A stretch of 48,518 nucleotides of DNA from positions 1 through 48,518 of IMG/VR virus record IMGVR_UViG_3300023076_000004; one strand, given 5' to 3'. The notes below the pieces were generated by a model. It did no database searches. It worked only from the letters and a program-made list of their open reading frames with translations, and was not told the origin of the DNA. Shown piece after piece: positions 43,829-48,518 of the stretch (the stretch's first letter is position 1; every line of letters starts with the position of its first letter). This stretch comes from a virus. Its lineage: Duplodnaviria; Caudoviricetes. The position numbers and the translations under genes are program-made.

Positions 43829-44176
43829 TTAAACTCTGCTGTCAATGTACGATTCTACATCGGTCTTTGTAATTTGACCGTTTGCACCTGTGCCCGTTAC
43901 TAGCGCCAAATCAACTTTAAAATCTTCCGCAATCTTTTTAGCCGCTACGCTTACGTGAAAAGTTTTAGCTTCGTGGTGTTCGGGTTCTTGGGAATTCAAC
44001 ACTAGCTCGTGTGTTTCTTTTACTTCGAGTGGTGGCGGCGTATTAACTACGGGTTTACTAATTGCTTCTGTGTTCTCGGTGTAGTAACCGTGCCCTAGCT
44101 TTTGCAAAATTTCAGCAAAGCGCTTTTGCATCGGAACGGTGCGAGAGTTCTTTTCGTAAGTGAATGATACTAACAT
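43829..44176 (-). CDS. head-region protein with C-terminal E3-binding (PSBD) domain
   Basis: SVAAKKIAEDFKVDLALVTGTGANGQITKTDV matches the PSBD consensus; AGGAG SD. Confidence 0.8.
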   Translation of the reverse strand: MLVSFTYEKNSRTVPMQKRFAEILQKLGHGYYTENTEAISKPVVNTPPPLEVKETHELVLNSQEPEHHEAKTFHVSVAAKKIAEDFKVDLALVTGTGANGQITKTDVESYIDSRV

Positions 44177-44190
44177 TTTATTCTCCTATT

Positions 44191-44214
44191 AAAAAGGGGG
44201 CCGTTAAGCCCCCT
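44191..44214 (-). terminator. intrinsic terminator after the capsid gene
   Basis: Minus strand reads AGGGGGC-TTAACG-GCCCCCT-TTTT. Confidence 0.8.
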
Positions 44215-44229
44215 GATTATACATTGGGA

Positions 44230-46239
44230 TTATTGGCCCCACTGTACGCCGGACAAGTAAGACACCGCAGATAAGCGGCGGCGCTGCCAGTTAATGAAAC
44301 GCTCGGCACGGAATGCAGTACTGTTAGTTTGGAACATTGACACCACAGTAGTAGCAGTGCCGGTAGCACTGTTATTAGTTGGGTTATCAAGCATTTGCAG
44401 TGAAGCCTCTTGCGACGCATCGATGGTTACTTGGCCGTCGTCTGCTAACCAGATATCGCTAGCATTAGCCAAAATAACAATGCCGCCGTCTGAGTCAGAT
44501 GGCAAGTAATCAGACACGATCACAGGCACGCCCATGAAAGTACCGCCGTTAAGGGTCAATCCTGGGAACTCAGATTGGCCTAATGGATTTTGCAACAAGC
44601 TAAGAGCTAGTGCAGTTGTTGAATCCATTATGTACACGGCACTACGTGGAGCGTTACGAGCAGCAATGAACGGAGCCCAAAGCGCTTGCACGTCCGCACG
44701 GATATCGTCGGCAGTGGAACCACTTGAAGGGATGGGCGTAATACCGTTAGTGATTGAAGCCGGAGACACGTTAGCTACCGCAGCTTTAGCTGGGTTAACG
44801 AAGTCGATATCCGCACGCTCAATTACAGCATCCGCCAAAGCGTCACGTACTAAACGTTCTGCAGACGGATCGCTGAAGCGGATAAGCTCGTTAGTTAATA
44901 CTGCGATAGCTGCAATTTTAGCCCAACGCAATTCTACCGCGTTGAAGTCAAAAGCAGTTAAAGGCTTCGGTGCGCCTTCGCCTACCCAACTTGCAGAACC
45001 CCCAGAAGTTTGGCCCGCGATGCGCACGTTAAAAGGGATACGGCGCAAAGCTGGAATGAGGCCAGTGCCGAATTGGCCTACAATAGTACGTGGGCGCAAA
45101 AACTCTACGAAGTCGCCCGCAAAATTTTGATAGTCAACCAAAGGGGCCGCCCAATTTGCGTCGAGGGTAGTACCTGCTTCAACGGTAGCTTTCATCATTG
45201 CGCCGAAATCTACGCCGCGCGCTTGATGCTCAAGAGCTTTAACTACACGCTCGTTGTGGCCGTAGTGATTCTTAGCCAATTCCAAAGCCATGCTTGGATT
45301 GCCTTTAGAGGCAAGCTTACACATCGCAAAACGCGCGAATTCAATACCTGGTTCGAGTTTTTGGGTGTTCTTGGCAACCGCTGGAACTGCGCCTCGTGGG
45401 TTGTTAGAAGGGCTATTTTCTACCGGCTTAGCGCTGGCGATGTTAGCCTTTTCCATTACGTCAAGGCGGCCTAAATGCTTGGTCAAGTCTTCAACGTCGG
45501 CAACAAGAGTATCGAACTCTTCTTGTTGAGCAGCATCAAGGGTTAAGCCCTCATCGCCTGCTTTTTCCATTATTTCGGACATGCGTTTTTGTTTTGCTTC
45601 GCGAGACGCTTTAGTACTCGCAATTTGTTCGGCGATAGTAGCCATGTTTAATTCCTCGATAAGTTTTGGGGTTTTAGGTTTTTGCTTCGTCGAGTCGCCG
45701 ACACTTTTTACAACGGTACTTACAGCTTTGCGAACCTTGGAGCCTGGCGCGGCGCGGTTCTGGTCAATCGATTTAATTGTACGGATATCCGCTTCCATGT
45801 TCGCCGCTACTGTTACACCTGATAGCTCGAACCAATCCCACTTTATGAATCTTACGCCGTAACTGCCTTCTATTCGTGCGGTCTCTAAAGCGCGGAAACC
45901 GATAGAAAGGCCGCGTACTAATCTGTATTTTATAAGTTGCCAAGCTTCGTCTAGGCGGTCTTTTAAAAGGCCTGGCTCTTCGATTTTCACCATGTCTATG
46001 GTTACTTCAATTTGCTTTTTGCTATTTACTTTGGCTGAGGTAACGTGGCCTACAGGCTGGTTATGGTCGTGCTGCATCAAAAACGGAATAGGTAAAGTGT
46101 ATTCTGCACCGTCCGGTTCTACTATGTCGTCTGCACGGTCTGGTGTAGGCGTGCTGGCAATACCTACAATTTGGCGCTTTTCTTCGTCGACGGCTTTTAT
46201 ATGCATCGTGCTATAGGCGCGTTCTTTTGACATTTGCAA
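44230..46239 (-). CDS. fused prohead protease (S78) and HK97-fold major capsid protein
   Basis: N-terminal GIAST..PDR..DIVEP.G, QHDH..PVG, GLSIGF, ELS.V; C-terminal WVGEG..KP, ELIR.S.P, RAERFINW. Confidence 0.95.
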   Translation of the reverse strand: MQMSKERAYSTMHIKAVDEEKRQIVGIASTPTPDRADDIVEPDGAEYTLPIPFLMQHDHNQPVGHVTSAKVNSKKQIEVTIDMVKIEEPGLLKDRLDEAWQLIKYRLVRGLSIGFRALETARIEGSYGVRFIKWDWFELSGVTVAANMEADIRTIKSIDQNRAAPGSKVRKAVSTVVKSVGDSTKQKPKTPKLIEELNMATIAEQIASTKASREAKQKRMSEIMEKAGDEGLTLDAAQQEEFDTLVADVEDLTKHLGRLDVMEKANIASAKPVENSPSNNPRGAVPAVAKNTQKLEPGIEFARFAMCKLASKGNPSMALELAKNHYGHNERVVKALEHQARGVDFGAMMKATVEAGTTLDANWAAPLVDYQNFAGDFVEFLRPRTIVGQFGTGLIPALRRIPFNVRIAGQTSGGSASWVGEGAPKPLTAFDFNAVELRWAKIAAIAVLTNELIRFSDPSAERLVRDALADAVIERADIDFVNPAKAAVANVSPASITNGITPIPSSGSTADDIRADVQALWAPFIAARNAPRSAVYIMDSTTALALSLLQNPLGQSEFPGLTLNGGTFMGVPVIVSDYLPSDSDGGIVILANASDIWLADDGQVTIDASQEASLQMLDNPTNNSATGTATTVVSMFQTNSTAFRAERFINWQRRRLSAVSYLSGVQWGQ

Positions 46240-46246
46240 GACTCCG

Positions 46247-47959
46247 TTAACGTTTGACCGAATACACTTGATATTTTTTAGCTGGCTTAATGTCTTCTTT
46301 AGCCTTGGCGCCTATGGACATAATCGCAGCGACTACCCCATCGACGCGACCTTTGGCTTTGTCTTTGGCTACCTTGCGGTTACCCGCAGCATCGCTTTCA
46401 ATTACCGCGTTAGCCGCGCACCATGTCATTACGGGATTGCCGTCATGCATAATGCCATTATTAATAAGCTTCTCTTCGAATAAATCCAAAGCGGGGGCCA
46501 TATCTTTATAGCCTTGGCCGAACCCTATCATGTTGGGTAAGGTGATAGCTTCATCGGCTGCAACCTGCTTTAAATCTTCGATGCGCCACATATCGTAACA
46601 TATAGAACTTAAATTGTAACCCTCGGTAATTTGCATGATACGTTGCAACACGAACCGCTTACTGACAGCTTTGCCTGGTGTCAATTCAAGATAACCATGT
46701 TGTGCCCAATTGACGTAGTCAACTCGGTCTAAATCACTTTTTTTCTTTATACCTTCTGCAGGTAGCCAAAACCATTCGCGTAGGCGCCAAACAGGGTCGT
46801 CGTCTGTAGGTTCGAAAGCCAGCACGAAAGCGGTTAAATCGGTGGTCGATGAAAGGTCGAGGCCGCCGTAGCACTTACGGTTTTTGTAAATATCATCGTC
46901 AACGAGTTTATCCGCTGCGTTAAACCATGCCTCGTATGTAATCCATGGGTTTGCCGCTTCGGTCCAAATGCAAAAATTCAAACGCTTAACGAGTGATTCT
47001 TTGGCCGGCATGCCCTTGGCCTGCGTAACCTGGTCGCGCAAATACTTGGGCTCAATCGTTTTGCCTAGCGAGGGGTTCGCCTTTGCCCAGCAAGATTCGT
47101 CCTTGAAAGGATCGTCTTTTTCATCCAGCGCGCAAATATAGGCGAACATAGTATCATCGTCCCGTGACCCCGCGCTTACCTCGGCGCCAAATTGCCTGTA
47201 CTCCCAGCACACTGACTTCTTATCTGTGCCTGAATTCGTGATAGCAATTAAAATAGGCTGTGTACGAAATTTAAAACCGGCGCGGATCATTTCAACCACT
47301 ATGCCGTTTTTGTGCTCGTGCAACTCGTCAATTAGCCCAACGTGGGGGCGCGGTCCGCTTTGACCGTCGTCAGATGAAATGGGGCGAAAAAAGCTTGCCG
47401 TTTTATGGTACGCAATATCCCATTCTTTGCCTTTGCCTCCTGACATGCGCAAATTTTTAGTAAGGTCCGGTGACTGATCAACCATAGCTACGGCGTCGCG
47501 AAACAAAATCATGGCCTGATCACGTTTTGTTGCTGCGGCGTATACCTCAGCCCGCGCTTCGCCGTCTGCTACTAAGCAGTAAATTCCTATGCCTGCGGCG
47601 AGTGGGGATTTACCGGAACCCTTAGCAGTTTCGATGTAGACAGTGTTGAATCTACGGTGTCCGGTGTCTTTCCACTTCCAACCAAAAACACTGCCGACAA
47701 TAAAAGCCTGCCACGGCTGAAGGTCGAAGGGCAGGCCCTCGAACTTTCCGCCGTTAAGCCGAAGCACAATAGGAAAAAAATTAATAACGTGAAGGGCTTT
47801 CTCTAAATCCCAATATATGCCGCGCTTTTCTTGTTCTTCAAGATCGCGCAAGTGGCGCGCGCAAGCCGCCCGGACGTGGGGGCCTGCGGCGGCTTGTCCG
47901 TTCGCTACATCTTGGGCGTATTGCGTAACAATATCAGTTGAAATAATTTGCGGCTGCAC
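46247..47959 (-). CDS. terL: terminase large subunit
   Basis: Walker A AKGSGKS, Walker B IDELHEH, GLDLSSTTDLTA, DGVVA.IM. Confidence 0.96.
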   Translation of the reverse strand: MQPQIISTDIVTQYAQDVANGQAAAGPHVRAACARHLRDLEEQEKRGIYWDLEKALHVINFFPIVLRLNGGKFEGLPFDLQPWQAFIVGSVFGWKWKDTGHRRFNTVYIETAKGSGKSPLAAGIGIYCLVADGEARAEVYAAATKRDQAMILFRDAVAMVDQSPDLTKNLRMSGGKGKEWDIAYHKTASFFRPISSDDGQSGPRPHVGLIDELHEHKNGIVVEMIRAGFKFRTQPILIAITNSGTDKKSVCWEYRQFGAEVSAGSRDDDTMFAYICALDEKDDPFKDESCWAKANPSLGKTIEPKYLRDQVTQAKGMPAKESLVKRLNFCIWTEAANPWITYEAWFNAADKLVDDDIYKNRKCYGGLDLSSTTDLTAFVLAFEPTDDDPVWRLREWFWLPAEGIKKKSDLDRVDYVNWAQHGYLELTPGKAVSKRFVLQRIMQITEGYNLSSICYDMWRIEDLKQVAADEAITLPNMIGFGQGYKDMAPALDLFEEKLINNGIMHDGNPVMTWCAANAVIESDAAGNRKVAKDKAKGRVDGVVAAIMSIGAKAKEDIKPAKKYQVYSVKR

Positions 47960-48428
47960 TCTCTGGACCTCTTTCTTTAGTGCCTGTTTTTATTTTGGAT
48001 CGCGCAAGAGGGTTAAAGCCAAGTTCTGCCGCTAACTGGCGAAGTTGTCCCGCGTGCTTATCACGTATAGCAGTCCAAGGATTAGTAACCAGCTTGCGGT
48101 TATCATCGTCGTCTATTTCTTCCCACTGCTGGCCGCCGTCTTTTTTCAATGCGGTTTCAGCTTCGACGTAGTTGCCGTAGGTGGTGCAATAAATTTCTAA
48201 AAGGGCGCGGTCGACCATTTCCAATTCGCCTTTAGCTTTAAGCGCGGCAATTATGCGTTTCCACTCTTTTATTTCTTCTTTACCGAAATAAAGGGGCATT
48301 TCAGGCTCGTCGCTTGACCAAACCTTGTTTGCGACCGGTTCGGACGGCTTAACGGGTGGGGGAAAGACCAAATCTTTTTGTGTTTTTACCGTTTTTTTAG
48401 GTGGTGAACCGGGCGCTTTTGCAGGCAT
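47934..48428 (-). CDS. terS: terminase small subunit (P27 family)
   Basis: P.......W.R......DRA.L..YC..Y, NP, ELG.NP.ARSKI; directly upstream of terL. Confidence 0.9.
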   Translation of the reverse strand: MPAKAPGSPPKKTVKTQKDLVFPPPVKPSEPVANKVWSSDEPEMPLYFGKEEIKEWKRIIAALKAKGELEMVDRALLEIYCTTYGNYVEAETALKKDGGQQWEEIDDDDNRKLVTNPWTAIRDKHAGQLRQLAAELGFNPLARSKIKTGTKERGPESAAANYFN

Positions 48429-48518
48429 AGAACTTTACCTCGTAGTTGATATTGAACACTTTCCGTGGAACATTCGCCGTGGAACTGTCTATTTATACAG
48501 GTTTTTTGTAAAAAGAGA

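Overview
This is a large part of a tailed dsDNA phage genome (siphovirus architecture), in two convergent arms that meet at a bidirectional terminator (24681-24710). The left arm (+ strand, 1-24.7 kb) holds about 50 small early/accessory ORFs driven by four copies of one promoter cassette, and a ~585-nt structured non-coding island (11529-12114). It ends in an APSE-like replication module: DUF2800 nuclease, DUF2815 SSB, family A DNA polymerase, C5-cytosine methylase, VRR-NUC, SNF2-type helicase, dATP/dGTP diphosphohydrolase and a TraR/DksA finger. The right arm (- strand, 24.7-48.4 kb) is the virion operon: terS, terL, fused prohead protease-major capsid, portal, neck genes, major tail protein, frameshifted tail chaperone, tape measure and several tail-tip/fibre genes. 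No integrase, repressor, primase, lysis genes or tRNAs were recognised, so the genome probably extends beyond the window. The most notable items are: (1) a three-gene Maf/DUF115-like + methyltransferase + KpsS-like cassette inside the neck genes, a candidate virion glycosylation system using CMP-ulosonic sugars; (2) the non-coding island, with pseudoknots and a 30-nt direct repeat resembling type III antitoxin (ToxI) RNA; (3) promoters carrying CpxR-consensus boxes and a conserved purine-rich leader; (4) a PagP-like outer-membrane beta-barrel; (5) a T4 gene-32-style pseudoknot ahead of the SSB gene; (6) a nested out-of-frame ORF in the methylase. All family assignments come from motif recognition by eye; no database search was run.
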